Positions 1 to 63,890 of a DNA stretch of 64,000 bases are shown here, piece after piece. The stretch is from NCBI RefSeq assembly GCF_006345805.1, contig NC_043015.1, positions 30,504,001 through 30,568,000 on the forward strand. Reading direction: 5' to 3'. The translations under genes and the position numbers were made by a program. How positions within the stretch are numbered: the stretch's first letter is position 1; each line of letters starts with the position of its first letter. The notes under the pieces were generated by a model. It searched no databases. It worked only from the letters and a program-made list of their open reading frames with translations, and was not told the origin of the DNA. The DNA comes from Octopus sinensis (Eukaryota).

Positions 1-3000
1 TGTCCTTTTTTTCTTCTTTTCTTCGAGGACGATAAAGCGATTCGGGAAGATTTGGCTGTTGTTTCTAGCAAATTGTGCGACCACATAGGGGCTACTTTTT
101 TTCGTTGTTGTTGCTGTTAATGTCGTTCACAATCATCACTTTATCCCAACTTCTTTATTTTATAATTTCATAGTTCTTTTCTCACCTTGTTGAGCCCCAG
201 TTCAGCCCCTATTAAGCAGCAACCCTTCGATCAGAGCCAGTTCCACCGTTGACCATGTCCTTTCCTATGATTCCTATATCTAGAATTTTAAGACGATAGC
301 AGAGTGAGTTGAGGGGGTTTCTGCTATTATTTCTAGCAGATCACTATTTTTATTGTCACTATTCACCTTGTCTAAACCCTTCCCCATCCTAACTCAGTTG
401 TCACTTTCCACCGTCTCTTAATTACTGAATTCCAGGTAAACCTCTGATCAAACACACTTATGATCAAATCAAAGACTTTCCAACTGTGACCATCCCATAT
501 TTTTTTCATTCATTCAAACATAGTATATCGCAGAACTGCATCACCTAATTCTTTCTTTTCGTTTGTAAAGACATTAAAGTGATTCGAAGGAGATTTTGGC
601 TGCTGTTTCTCGCTGATCGACCGACTACGTAGAAACTCCATCGAACACGAAGAGACGTTTCCTCTTGGTATAATATTACGGTTTCTTGAATCCCTCCTTC
701 TTCTTCCTCACCCGCAAAAACTTCACCTTCAAAACCGATTCCACGTTCGTTCCTACCGTTTTTGTCTTTCACTCTCCTTTAATGACCGCAGTAGTCTCTT
801 GTAAACAGATTCATCCAAACACCACCTTTAAATACCCATTTATAACGGCACGAGGTGGCGAGGGTGCACTGAATTCCCCCCAAATAACGACCCTACCACC
901 TTAAGTAAGAAAGGTCACATTGGACTGTTATAGTCCTACATATTTTGTAAGAAGACGGAATGGTAACGACTAGAATGCCTTTGATCAGAGGTCTGTTCAA
1001 TCAGGATTTACCTGGGGCTAAACAAGATCAACACCACTTGTGTACCTGTATGTGTGAATTTGTGTATACATCTCTTGATACATGTATATACATACAAATA
1101 TACATACAAATATACGTACACAGAACATTAGTGTGTAGGGAAAGAGAAGGGTGGAGGGGCAGTGGGTGTCTTTTTTTTTATTTTTTATTTATTTTTATTG
1201 TTCTTTAGTTTCTCGTTTTATTTCTTACATCAAAAGTAATTTCTTTCTTTCCCCCTTGGTTCAATATCTCAGGGTTTGTAGGAGAGAGAGGTAGGGAATT
1301 GAGATTCCGTGACATTCATTCTGTTCGCCGTATAAAATGGCTCCAACCGAGAATAATAATAATAATAATAATGGTTTCAAATTATGGCACAAGGCCAGCA
1401 ATTTTCGGGGAAAGTGGTATAAGTCGATTACATCTACTCCAGTGCTCAACTGGTACTTGTCTTATCGACCCCGAAAGGAGGAAAGGTAAAGTCGACCTCG
1501 GCGGAATTTGAGCTCAGAACGTAAAGACAGACGAAATACCGTTAACAATAATAATAATAATAATGTTTATAATTTTGACACAATGATAATTTAGGTACAA
1601 AACCAACAGTTTTGAAGTGTGAGGTTAGTCGATACCATCGACCCAGTCTTTGACTGCTACTTTATTTTATCGATCCGAAAAAGGACACTGTTTGACATCG
1701 GCGAGATTTGAAAGCACCAAAGTCAACTTCGCCTTTCTTCCTTTCGGGGGTCGATAAATTAATAATAATAATAATAGTAACAACAACAACAATAATGATA
1801 ATAATCGTAACGAATTTTTAAGCACAAGGCCAGTGATTTCGAGAGGGTGGATGGTAGGCGATACCAGCGACTCCAGTACTTCACTGGTACTTGGGTCGAT
1901 ACCATCGACTGTTTCCCCCCCCCCTACTCCACCTCAAAACTGGCCTCATGCCTAACCAAATTAGAAACCATTATCTTTATTAATAGGTGTATCTGCGTTT
2001 GATGCTTTTCTTCCTCTATTTTTAATATCGATTTCTTCGATGGATATCGTATTTGGACATAAGATTTATGGGGTAATAGAACGAAGTGGGGTGGCGGGGA
2101 GGAGGAAGGTGTGACGTTCAGACAGCCTCGAAGAAGGGCAAAAGTTGAAATCGGATAGCGATTACGGTTTTATTGAGAACTTCACCGTCTCGTTTCGACT
2201 TTCGCACACGTAGACGATGAATAAATTGCTTTTTCAACATCAGTTAATCACAGCCAAAATCTGTCGGGAAGTGGGAACGTGGATTAATGATCTTTATGCC
2301 TTTTCCAAGGTCGTTAGTGACGTAATTGGAAATTGTTCCAACTTGGAATCGAAACCAGTGCCTTGATCCTTAATCACCCAGAATTTACTACGACTGCATC
2401 ATAGCCTCTTATCATTGAGTCCCTATCTTTGCGTGTATGTAAAAAAATGAGGGTGTTATAATCGAGTGACACTATTTCAATATATTATTGATATTTATTT
2501 TATCGATACCAGGGGCCAACTTTGGCACGGTTTAAATTCAGAACGGTACTGCATCGCATCGAACTAAATACAACTGAAGTATCTAGGTTGATGCTGGTGG
2601 GTTTCTATCTCAGGCCACAAGAAAAAAGAAAATCTTCATCGTCATTTATCTTATCAACCCACTCGTTAATATGTTGTGGCCACTCTCTGCTACAACGGGT
2701 TCTGCTTGGCACCCTCAATACCCGCTCACTATATCCACCTGCCTTTGTTTAACTCGTCGTTTCTAGCACAGACATTGTGTAACACTTCACTTGACAAACC
2801 ACCCGCCCTTTCTAAAACCCTTTCGAAACTCAGTGCATTACCTCCCATCTGTGCAGCCTTAAACTGTGGATGTCAATACCTTATATTGACTTATTTGTCC
2901 TCTCTTCACCCGCCCCCCAGTTTGCTCCTGAAACGGTCCCAGGTACATATCCCCTCTTCCTTAATGTATGCGTGTGCATAAAAAGGTCCCTTGGTCAATA

Positions 3001-3553
3001 CCATCACCCACTCGTCGCTTGTATAGACCTCTGTTATGTAATGTGTCGATAGATAAGCCGAAATCTTCTTTTATTGTTACTATTTATTTTAGACCGGGAG
3101 ATTCCAGGACTTCGTCCACTGTAGTTTTACCGTTTTTCTTTCTTTAAGACGATAGTATATGATGTGAAAAAGATCTAGCTGCTATTTCAAGCAGTCCTCG
3201 TTGTCACACCGAGAGTTCTTCATTGATTCTGGGCAAACGAATGGTGTGAGGTGGTTCCAACGTTTTCCCATCGAAGTGAAGCTAATTGGCCTCTAAACTC
3301 GCAACCGAAACCGCGCACCGGTTCGTCTTGTCTTATTAAACACTGCCTATTGTTCCACGTTGCTTTTTACACTTATTAAGAAAACGTTTACTACTTAGCG
3401 ATGGAAGTAAACAAGATGAGGTGGCCTCTACCTCTAATGCACAATGTACAAGAAACGAAACTTTGTTGCGTTGTTTAATCTTTGATTATTCTCGTTAAAG
3501 GACACGCGCACACAGGCACACTTACGTAGACACACCCACACACGTTCTTATTG

Positions 3554-3614
<61 letters not shown>

Positions 3615-4076
3615 AGAATTCACAAAAAGAAAACACAAGACGAAGACAGGTGGTGTAGACATTATTATATCATATAGTCTGCATAATGTTACATAGTATT
3701 CATTAGTGTTCTATTAAACTACACTTATGTATGTATACACGCACTCTCTAGCACTTAAGCAATTTATTTACGTATGGATTATTTATATTATTCCTTTGTA
3801 AGACAGCTTTCGCTATCACTCTCTTTTTATATTGTAATATATATATATGTAGGGGATTCTTTTTTTTTTCTTTCTAGAATCGTAAATTTTCGTTCTTTGA
3901 AAAATTAGAATATTTTGGAAAAAAAAATTAAGTGGGAGGAAAAATTGCCCCTTTTCCTTTCCCGTGAAGTATAAGGACTTCGAGGGATAGCCGTTCCAAT
4001 CTCGCCTATGTGTCTGTGTGTGTGTGTGTGAATGCGCGCACACGCACAAAATCCGAGTCTGCTTCCTACAAGCTAT

Positions 4077-4090
4077 GTTACCATGGCAGC
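4077..4090. promoter_or_regulatory. RFX X-box-like motif
   Basis: GTTACCATGGCAGC matches 13/14 of the palindromic consensus GTTRCCATGGYAAC. Confidence 0.4.
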
Positions 4091-4932
4091 CTGGGCATAC
4101 GTGCAGGTTTGACAGTTTATTATTATTTTTTTCTTTTGACACTTGTTGACATGCCTGTGTGTATCCACATGTGTTTCTGTGTTTTAATACGATTGCCATT
4201 AATATACGGTATCAAAAAACAATTCCCTCCTGTGTTCGTGCCCTTTACCTATCTATTAGAAGGGGCTGTCTTTTAGCCCTAATCTTAATATCCGTAACTA
4301 GCTACCTGTACGTTTGCCTACCTATCTTGCTAACCCGTCTGTTTTATCTCTCCATCTATCTGTAGGAAGCCAGCTACGTGTCTATCTATTTAGCCAACCT
4401 TCAATGTCTGTCTGGTTTTCTTCGCTTTATCGGGCTGTCTGTTAGTCTGTCTCCATCTCTGCTGATCTTTCTTTATCTCCGACCATTTGAATATCTGTCT
4501 ATGTCTTATACGTCGGTCTGTCTGTCTGTCTATCTAGTTAACCAGTTATTTATCTCGGTCTAATCTGCTCATGTATCAATTAGTCTGTCGGCCTATCTTC
4601 TTCTTTCTTCATCCTTCTTTACATCCGTCACTTTCATTTACCTCTCTCCATCTTCTTAATCTCTCTCCATACTGCCCATCCACCCTCCACACTGCCCACC
4701 CAGCCTCACCATCCAGTTCAGTTCTGCTAAACTTTTCCATTCAAGCTCCAAATATTTATCGCTGTCATCTCTAATTTCCTGTTTACCCTACTTAGCTCTC
4801 TTAATCTCGCATCTTTCTTCTTCTTTCCTATTATTTGCTCTGTTACTTAATGTCTTTAAGACGATTTCTTAGACTCAACATTAAATTCCAACGTAATTAG
4901 ATTCTTTCATTCCACTCCTTTCTTCTACTTCT

Positions 4933-4964
<32 letters not shown>

Positions 4965-5279
4965 CCACCATCACCATCACTGCACTTTTCATCATCATTA
5001 GTATTTGCAGCATCACCTTCGTCTTCATATTCTGCCAAGTTTTCAGACACAGAACAACACATTCATCTTTTTGTGCATACTAACTCTTGAGCCACCACTG
5101 CTGAAACTAGTATTGTTGAGAGGCTTTCTATTTGAACAAGAACATGGAAGAGCCGTGCTGATATCTGTGGATGACATCATTATAATAGTCGTAATAGTGA
5201 AGTATTCCTCAGAGGTAAAAGTGGTGAGCGCCATTCTAGGAATATGGGACAATGACAAGAGGAGAAATTAACCCAAACT

Positions 5280-5445
5280 AGCACTATGACCCGGCAACTC
5301 CAGGTCATAGTGCCAGTGCATGCATATACAGCTGCGCATGTGCGCACATACACGCGAGTACTGTCCAAATCTCCGACCAATCACATACAGCTAGCTGGCA
5401 TTCAATTGGCGTATCAAGTTTCGGGCATTTTGATTGGGTTTTGGA
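5280..5445. promoter_or_regulatory. Candidate TATA-less promoter of NALCN, possibly bidirectional
   Basis: gaCCAATca at 5377-5381, reverse ATTGG at 5405-5409 and 5433-5437, TGCGCATGTGCGCA at 5333-5346, 11-bp inverted repeat at 5281-5313. Lies at the right edge of the CpG-rich zone. Confidence 0.5.
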
Positions 5446-5449
5446 TAGA

Positions 5450-5696
5450 AAATTCACAAAAAAGTCACTTCTATTTTTAATGGCTTTGTGGGGTGACTGG
5501 GGAAATGTAAAGATGTGCACGAACACCCTTGGACGGTTTTGAATGACCATAGAAAGTGTGAGCCCTCTAACTGAAAAATTGTGGATTTGTATAAAGGACA
5601 CACACGCAGACATTTTACCGTTTATATATAGAGAGATAAGTCAATGGGTTTGCAAGTTCGTGCTGCCAGCCATCTTCATGGATGTTGGACTAACAG
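5450..5696 (+). other. Candidate non-coding first exon of NALCN
   Basis: Follows the CCAAT cluster and ends at a possible donor CAG|gtagat (GT 5697-5698). Would splice to 11905 or 12104. Inference only; the start coordinate is approximate. Confidence 0.25.
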
Positions 5697-5810
5697 GTAG
5701 ATTAAGTTGCTTGGAAACCTGTTGTTTGGAGGTCCAAACTAGCCTGACAGAAACTGAGACAAAGTTGTGAGTAAAGTGGCCAGCTTTACACATAGGAGAA
5801 GCATCCTTAA

Positions 5811-6025
5811 CCCTTTCGTTACTGTATTTATTTTGAGATGCTCTGTGTTTCTTTTAATTACTTTAAATATAACAAAGAATTTAATAAAATAACTTAGTTA
5901 TCATTCAGCTAGTGTTAGGAACATAAATTGTGACTAAGGTTTGGTGGAAGATTTTAATTCAAAACTTTTGGAAACAAGACATTTGTACTACAGAGCCAGA
6001 TTCAGCCGGGTTGGTAATGAAAGGG
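5811..6025. mobile_element. piggyBac-type MITE (215 bp)
   Basis: TTAA on both sides (5807-5810, 6026-6029); ends ccctttcgttac / gtaatgaaaggg. Confidence 0.8.
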
Positions 6026-6286
6026 TTAAAAGATTTGGCAGTGGTTAAAACAGCTACACTACCTTCAACTAATGGTCCGATTATTGCATTTTTCTCCAGT
6101 GTTTGCCTAACTAGATTAGAGCATTTGTTCTTTCACTTTTGGAAGAGATGCATTCCACCGGTAACATGGTCTGTCTGCTGCCAATATCTGTGTAGAGGGC
6201 TTGGTATCCTCTGGCTGTTGACGCACAGGCGTGCTGAAGATTCAGCATCTGCAAAGGTTTCTAAATTGGTCAGCAGATACGGTTAA

Positions 6287-6770
6287 CCCTTTCGTGACCA
6301 ACCCGGCTGAAACCAGCCCTGGCTCTGAGTACTAATGTTTTGTTTTCATAAGTTTTGAATTAAAATTTTCCACCAAACCTTAGTCACACTTTATGAAGGA
6401 TGACTAAGTTGTTTTACTAAATTGTTTGTTATATTTAAAGTAATGCCAGCGCCGCCTCGACTGGCTTCCGTGCCGGTGGCACGTAAACTGCACCAATCTG
6501 ACCGTGGCCGTTGCCAGCCTCGCCTGGCACCTGTGTGGGTGGCACGTAAAAAGCACCCATTACACTCACGGAATGGTTGGCGTTAGGAAGGGCATCCAGC
6601 TGTAGATACCTTGCCAGATAAGACTGGAGCCTGGTGCAGCCTTCTGGCTTCCCAGATCCCCGGTCGAACCGTCCAACCCATGCTAGCATGGAGAACGGAC
6701 GTTAAACGATGATGATGATGATGATGAAAGAAACACAGAGCATCTCAACAGAAATACAGTAACGAAAGGG
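6287..6770. mobile_element. piggyBac-type MITE of the same family, inverted, interrupted by a SINE
   Basis: TTAA-ccctttcgtgac...gtaacgaaaggg-TTAA; internal sequence is the reverse complement of 5811-6025; SINE inserted at ~6444-6726. Confidence 0.8.
6444..6726 (+). mobile_element. SINE-like element with RTE-type 3' end and (GAT)n tail
   Basis: ggttggcgttaggaagggcatccagctgtag...ggacgttaaacgatgatgatg. More than a dozen copies or fragments occur in the window on both strands. Confidence 0.8.
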
Positions 6771-6959
6771 TTAAATATGGTTACTTTTTGTCAAGCATGT
6801 TTTCTCACAGCTCACTTCTTTGACAGAATTGCAGCCTTAGATTGAGAGAAGACCAAATTAGGTACTTGGTATCTAGAATTTCATCTATCAGTCAGATAAT
6901 GCATCCAGTGGAATTTCCATATTAGCATTAGCCATATTGAGATGGTTAGTATACCTCAC

Positions 6960-7660
6960 AGACTCCAGTGAATTTCCAGAAATTTCTTACCTGACTGAGA
7001 CATTGCCAATAAAATTCTACTGGATCAAAAATGTCATCACACAAGTCAGTCTCTGATGTATACAGAATGATGTAATTACTCTGTATACACTCATTTAGTG
7101 TCCAAGCGTTGGCAATTGCAAAGTTTTCATTAAACAGCTGTTGTTGTTTGTAGGGCATATCCAATTATCTGTTGAATCCCTTGTAGAGATCCCCATTAGT
7201 ATTTTCCTTCGACTAGGAAAAGGCAGGCAGTTTTCTTAGACTTGATGAATGAAGGCAGCCAAGCCCTGATTAATTTTTTCAAGTTTCACTTGAAGAGGAA
7301 GGTGACATCCAATAAATTTGTTGAAAGGTGGATGAGAATGGTGAGCAGGGGCCCAAGTCAAAGAGTCTACTCTCAGTATGTACCTATAAACTGAAGAACA
7401 TATCTCAAAAAGAACACTTAACCTTAGCAGTCATAGTAAGCTTGGATCTGTGGAGTCCCCTTGATTTGCCCTAGGTGTTAGTCCTCTCTGTGGACTCTCT
7501 CACATTTTTCTACTATCGGTTTTTGTATATTGTATATGCCATCACTTTTTCTCCCTTCTTTCATCCACTGTATATCTGTGTGTGAGTGTTAACATGTGTC
7601 CCTGTAATGCCATCTTATCTGTTGCTCTGAGTTGGTAGTATTGTTAGAGCATAAAAAAAA
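6960..7660 (+). mobile_element. Degenerate L1/Tx1-like LINE 3' fragment
   Basis: Broken frame CIQNDVITLYTLI*CP (zinc-knuckle remnant), QLLLFVGHIQLSVESLVEI and GSQALINFFKFHLKRKV..KFVERW; A-rich end near 7651-7660. Family assigned from memory. Confidence 0.5.
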
Positions 7661-8450
7661 ATGTCATGCAGGGTTTTTTCCAGTTCTTGCCTCCGCTCCC
7701 CTCAAAATTGCTGGCCTTGTGCCAAAATTATTATTATCATTATTATTATTATTGAGTGAGAGAGCAGTGCATGCCATCAAAGTGACACTGGTGTAAAATA
7801 TACGAAGCCCAGTATACCCATCGCGACTACCTGTCTGATAAGGGTACACTAGGCACATGCATCACAACCATATGTGCGCAACATGGTGATCTCCTATCAA
7901 GATAAACAGCGCATGACCTTGCAGGTGGGGCCCAGTTAGAATGTTCTTCTGGTCAAGTAACCCATCCCGCTCAAAAGGTCCCTGAATAAGGATTGTTTAA
8001 GGATTATTATTATTATTATTGTTATTATTATTATTATTATCATTATTATTATTATGTTAGTGTGTTTGTTTTCTATATACATAGCATAAAACTACCTCCT
8101 TCTCGACTGTAACTCTACTCAGTTTTGGTGGGTGTATGGCAACCTCACTCATCTTGGTACCATGAAAAAAGCACCCAATACACTCTGTAAAGTGTTTGGC
8201 ATTAGGAAGGGCATCAGCCATAAAAGACCATGCCAAAGCAGACACTGGAACACAATATTGTCCTTGGACCCATCAGATCCTGTCAATCATCAAACGCATG
8301 CCAGCATGGAAGATAGTCATTAGAAGATGATGATGTAAAATAGAAAGTGGAGAGAGATTGCTTCCTCCCCTGCAAGATTCAGTTACAGTATCTACATTAA
8401 ATCATATAGTTGTACTAACTACTACATCAAAGCTGCCTTCATAACTTTCA

Positions 8451-8840
8451 TCATCATCGTTTAACGTCCGCTTTCCATGCTAGCATGGGTTGGACGGTTT
8501 GACTGTGGGCTGGCGAACCAGATGGCTGCACCAGGCTCCAGTCTTGATCTGGCAGAGTTTCTACATTTGGATGCCCTTCCTAACGCCAACCACTCCAAGA
8601 GTGTAGTGAGTGCTTTTACGTGCCACTAGCATGGGGGCCAGTCAGGTGCTACTGGCAATGACCTCGCTTGAATTTTTTTTTTTTTTTTACACATGCCAAT
8701 GGCACAGGTGCCAGTAAGGCGATGCTGGTAACGATCCCGCTCGAATGGTGTCTTTTACATGCCACTGGCATGGAAGCCAGTTGGCTGCTCTGGCAACGAT
8801 CACACTTAGATGGTGCTCTTAGCACCCTACTAGCATGGGG
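8451..8840 (-). mobile_element. RTE-tail SINE-like copy
   Basis: catcatcatcgtttaacgtccgctttccatgctagcatggg...ggatgcccttcctaacgccaaccac. Confidence 0.75.
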
Positions 8841-9379
8841 CACAGCCTAAAAGTAGCTGGTACATCAGTTTGTATAATAAATAACCTCAGAACTTTCAAA
8901 TGTCTCTCTCTCTCTTCGTCACACACACACACACGCGCATGTTCATTCCCCACACATATATTTGTTAATGTGTTTGTATAATTAATGAGTTATAATCTTT
9001 ATAATTATACTTGCACATATTTACATAATTACATATGAAATTAGGAAGAGGGTATAGTTGGAATTTCATAGAAGTCTACTGACATTCTGATATTGTTTAC
9101 CATTCTGCTATTTTGTCTCTTCTATACAAAACATTTGGATCACATTTGGTTTGTCTGAAAATATGGCGATATTCTGGTATTTTTTTTCCTATTTTGATAT
9201 GGTTTATTTCATTTATTTTTTTTTATTCAGTTGCTTATTATATAATCTCATGTTCGTATTGTGTGTGTTGTATTGTATAATACAAAGAGTCTGGTCGGGT
9301 TGAAAATAACCAGTCATCTCATAGTTAGACTTGTAAGTTAGCACACCTAACCATTATTCAAACCTTGAGATAATGTGTG

Positions 9380-9425
<46 letters not shown>

Positions 9426-9442
9426 TTATTCCTTATTCCTGT

Positions 9443-11663
9443 ATATATATATCATCATCATCATCATCGTTTAACGTCCGCTTTCCATGCTACCATGGGT
9501 TGGATGGTTCGACCAGGGTCTGAGAAGCCAGGAGGCTACACCGGTCTCCAGTCTGATCTGGCAGTGTTTCTACAGCTGGATGCCCTTCCTAACGCCAACC
9601 ACTCCGTGAGTGTAGTGGGTGCTTTTTACGTGCCAGGCGAGACTGGCAACGGCCACGATCAGATGGTGCTTTTTATGTGCCATCGGCACGGAGGCCAGTT
9701 GGGGCGGCGCTGGCAACGGTCACGTTCGGATGGTTCTTTTATGTGCCACTGGTACTGATATATATATATATCTTTATTCCTTATTCCTGTGTGTATATAT
9801 ATATACAGACAGACAGACAGATAGATAGATGTGTGTGTATATACATATGTTATATATATAAGGGCATGATATCATTCACTATATGTATATCATCGTTATC
9901 GTTTAACATTCACTTTTTTAACTGGGATACTGCCTTGAAGTATTTAATGATAACTTTGATCTGACTAATTATTTCTAAGTATTGATTTCTTTTTGCCAAA
10001 CTGCTAAGTTGTGTTGACGTAAAGAAATCAACACCATTTGTCAAGTGGTGAAAGGCAAACACACATATATGTACTCCTCATATATACACACATACATACA
10101 AATATATGCACATACATAGTCATAAGTATTGTTGATATACCTTTACAGTATTCCTGTTAGCCAGGTACTCATAACAAGTGCTACTAAGTTAATTACTCCG
10201 ATCTCAAAGATCCTTACTATCTGGATATCATTATCATCATTTAATGTGGGCTTTCCATGTGGCATAGGTTTGACAGGAGCTGACCAGGCATTAACGCTTC
10301 TGCTATGAAGGATGGATCTTCTTGAGTACAGCAAAGCGCCAGATATCTTGGTCCTTTGTCATCTCAGGTGCCAGATTTCTAAGTCGTTTGTCATTATCAT
10401 CATCATCGTTTAACGTCCGTTTTCCGTGCTAGCATGGGTTGGACAGTTCGACCGGGGTCTGGGAAGCCGGGAGGCTGCACTGGTCTCCAGTCTGATCTGG
10501 CAGTGTTTCTACAGCTGGATGCCCTTCCTAACGCCAACCACTCCGTGAGTGTAGTGGGTGCTTTTTACGTGCCAGGCGAGACTGGCAACGGCCACGATCA
10601 GATGGTGCTTTTTATGTGCCATCGGCACGGAGGCCAGTTGGGGCGGCGCTGGCAACGGTCACGTTCGGATGGTTCTTTTATGTGCCACTGGTACTGATAT
10701 ATATATATATCTTTATTCCTTATTCCTGTGTGTATATATATATATATATACAGACAGACAGACAGATAGATAGATGTGTGTGTATATACATATGTTATAT
10801 ATATAAGGGCATGATATCATTCACTATATGTATATCATCGTTATCGTTTAACATTCACTTTTTTAACTGGGATACTGCCTTGAAGTATTTAATGATAACT
10901 TTGATCTGACTAATTATTTCTAAGTATTGATTTCTTTTTGCCAAACTGCTAAGTTGTGTTGACGTAAAGAAATCAACACCATTTGTCAAGTGGTGAAAGG
11001 CAAACACACATATATGTACTCCTCATATATACACACATACATACAAATATATGCACATACATAGTCATAAGTATTGTTGATATACCTTTACAGTATTCCT
11101 GTTAGCCAGGTACTCATAACAAGTGCTACTAAGTTAATTACTCCGATCTCAAAGATCCTTACTATCTGGATATCATTATCATCATTTAATGTGGGCTTTC
11201 CATGTGGCATAGGTTTGACAGGAGCTGACCAGGCATTAACGCTTCTGCTATGAAGGATGGATCTTCTTGAGTACAGCAAAGCGCCAGATATCTTGGTCCT
11301 TTGTCATCTCAGGTGCCAGATTTCTAAGTCGTTTGTCATTATCATCATCATCGTTTAACGTCCGTTTTCCGTGCTAGCATGGGTTGGACAGTTCGACCGG
11401 GGTCTGGGAAGCCGGGAGGCTGCACTGGTCTCCAGTCTGATCTGGCAGTGTTTCTACAGCTGGATGCCCTTCCTAACGCCAACCACTCCGTGAATGTAGT
11501 GGGTGCTTTTTACGTGCCACCACCACAGGTGCCAATGGAGGCTGGCAGTGGCCATGATCTGTTGGTGCTTTTTACGTGCCACCAGCACAGAAGCCAGTCA
11601 AGGCAGCACTGGCATCGGCCACGTTCAGATGGTGCTTTTTACGTGCCACCGGCACAGGTACCA
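9443..11663. repeat. Tandem duplication of a ~945-bp unit bounded by three RTE-tail SINE copies
   Basis: About 9550-10480 is repeated at about 10490-11425; offset 939-945 nt, the difference being one (TA)n length. SINE tails at ~9443, ~10395 and ~11340. Confidence 0.92.
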
Positions 11664-11904
11664 CATATATATTCTAAACAGTTTCCATTTATCAAATTTA
11701 CTTACCAGCCTGGAGCTATAGCAAAAGACACCACACAAGATGCTTAAGATTCCACACAATAGGATTGTATCCAAAATCATGTGGATGTTGTTTTAAAACC
11801 TGCACTGCTTAAAAATGCATTCAATTATATTAATTAATGTTTTCTACATTTCAAATTAATTAACTGCTGCTTAAATTTATGTTTTCTGTGTCTTTCCTTT
11901 TCAG

Positions 11905-12116
11905 ATGTGGTGGAACATTTTCATTAATATCTTCAATATTATTGTTTCCATTACTCAACTAAGATGAAGATGTCAAGGCAAAACTTCACTGTGAGAATTC
12001 CTGCGAGGAATCAGTTTGATTTCTCTTTGATAACATTCTATTTAATCAACTCTTTGCTCTAGTTGTGACGTTCTTCCACACACACACACACCCCTCTGTG
12101 TAGGCTCTAGCTAGTC
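11905..12116 (+). other. NALCN: Probable 5' UTR part of the first coding exon
   Basis: Strong acceptor tttatgttttctgtgtctttccttttcag ends at 11904; a second possible acceptor ends at 12103. No transcript evidence is available. Confidence 0.5.
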
Positions 12117-63621
<51,505 letters not shown>

Positions 63622-63767
63622 GTAAGTTACTTTTCTTTTCACTGTTACAAGTCTCTTTTGTTTAGAAAACTTTGATTATTCAACAGAAATGTATAACTTT
63701 TTATATCCATAACATATTCCACTATATAACTTATTATAATGTGATAAATATTATAACTTATTATAAC

Positions 63768-63890
63768 TGCATAGTGCCAAGGACTCCAAATTTGCCATCA
63801 AGATGTAGGACAAGATACTGTGATAGCCTGGGCTTCAGAGGTCCACAGCTCTTCAATATCCTCCCGAAGGATCTGAGAGACCTGCATGGA
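63768..63890 (+). mobile_element. LINE ORF2 3' fragment (CR1/L2-group-like)
   Basis: IVPRTPNLPSRCRTRYCDSLGFRGPQLFNILPKDLRDLHG resembles the SxxxRGPxLFNxLP C-terminal motif. Confidence 0.6.

Noticed and set aside
545-904. Overlapping ORFs on both strands near the left edge
   Set aside because: No recognisable domain, start context or exon structure.
9443-11663. Repeat-spacer appearance suggesting a CRISPR-like array
   Set aside because: Eukaryotic SINE copies with identical duplicated spacers; no cas genes.
9375-11747. Recurrent ORFs containing LQLDALPNANHS (also at 6435, 15743, 25209, 36561)
   Set aside because: Translations of the RTE-tail SINE, not a gene family.
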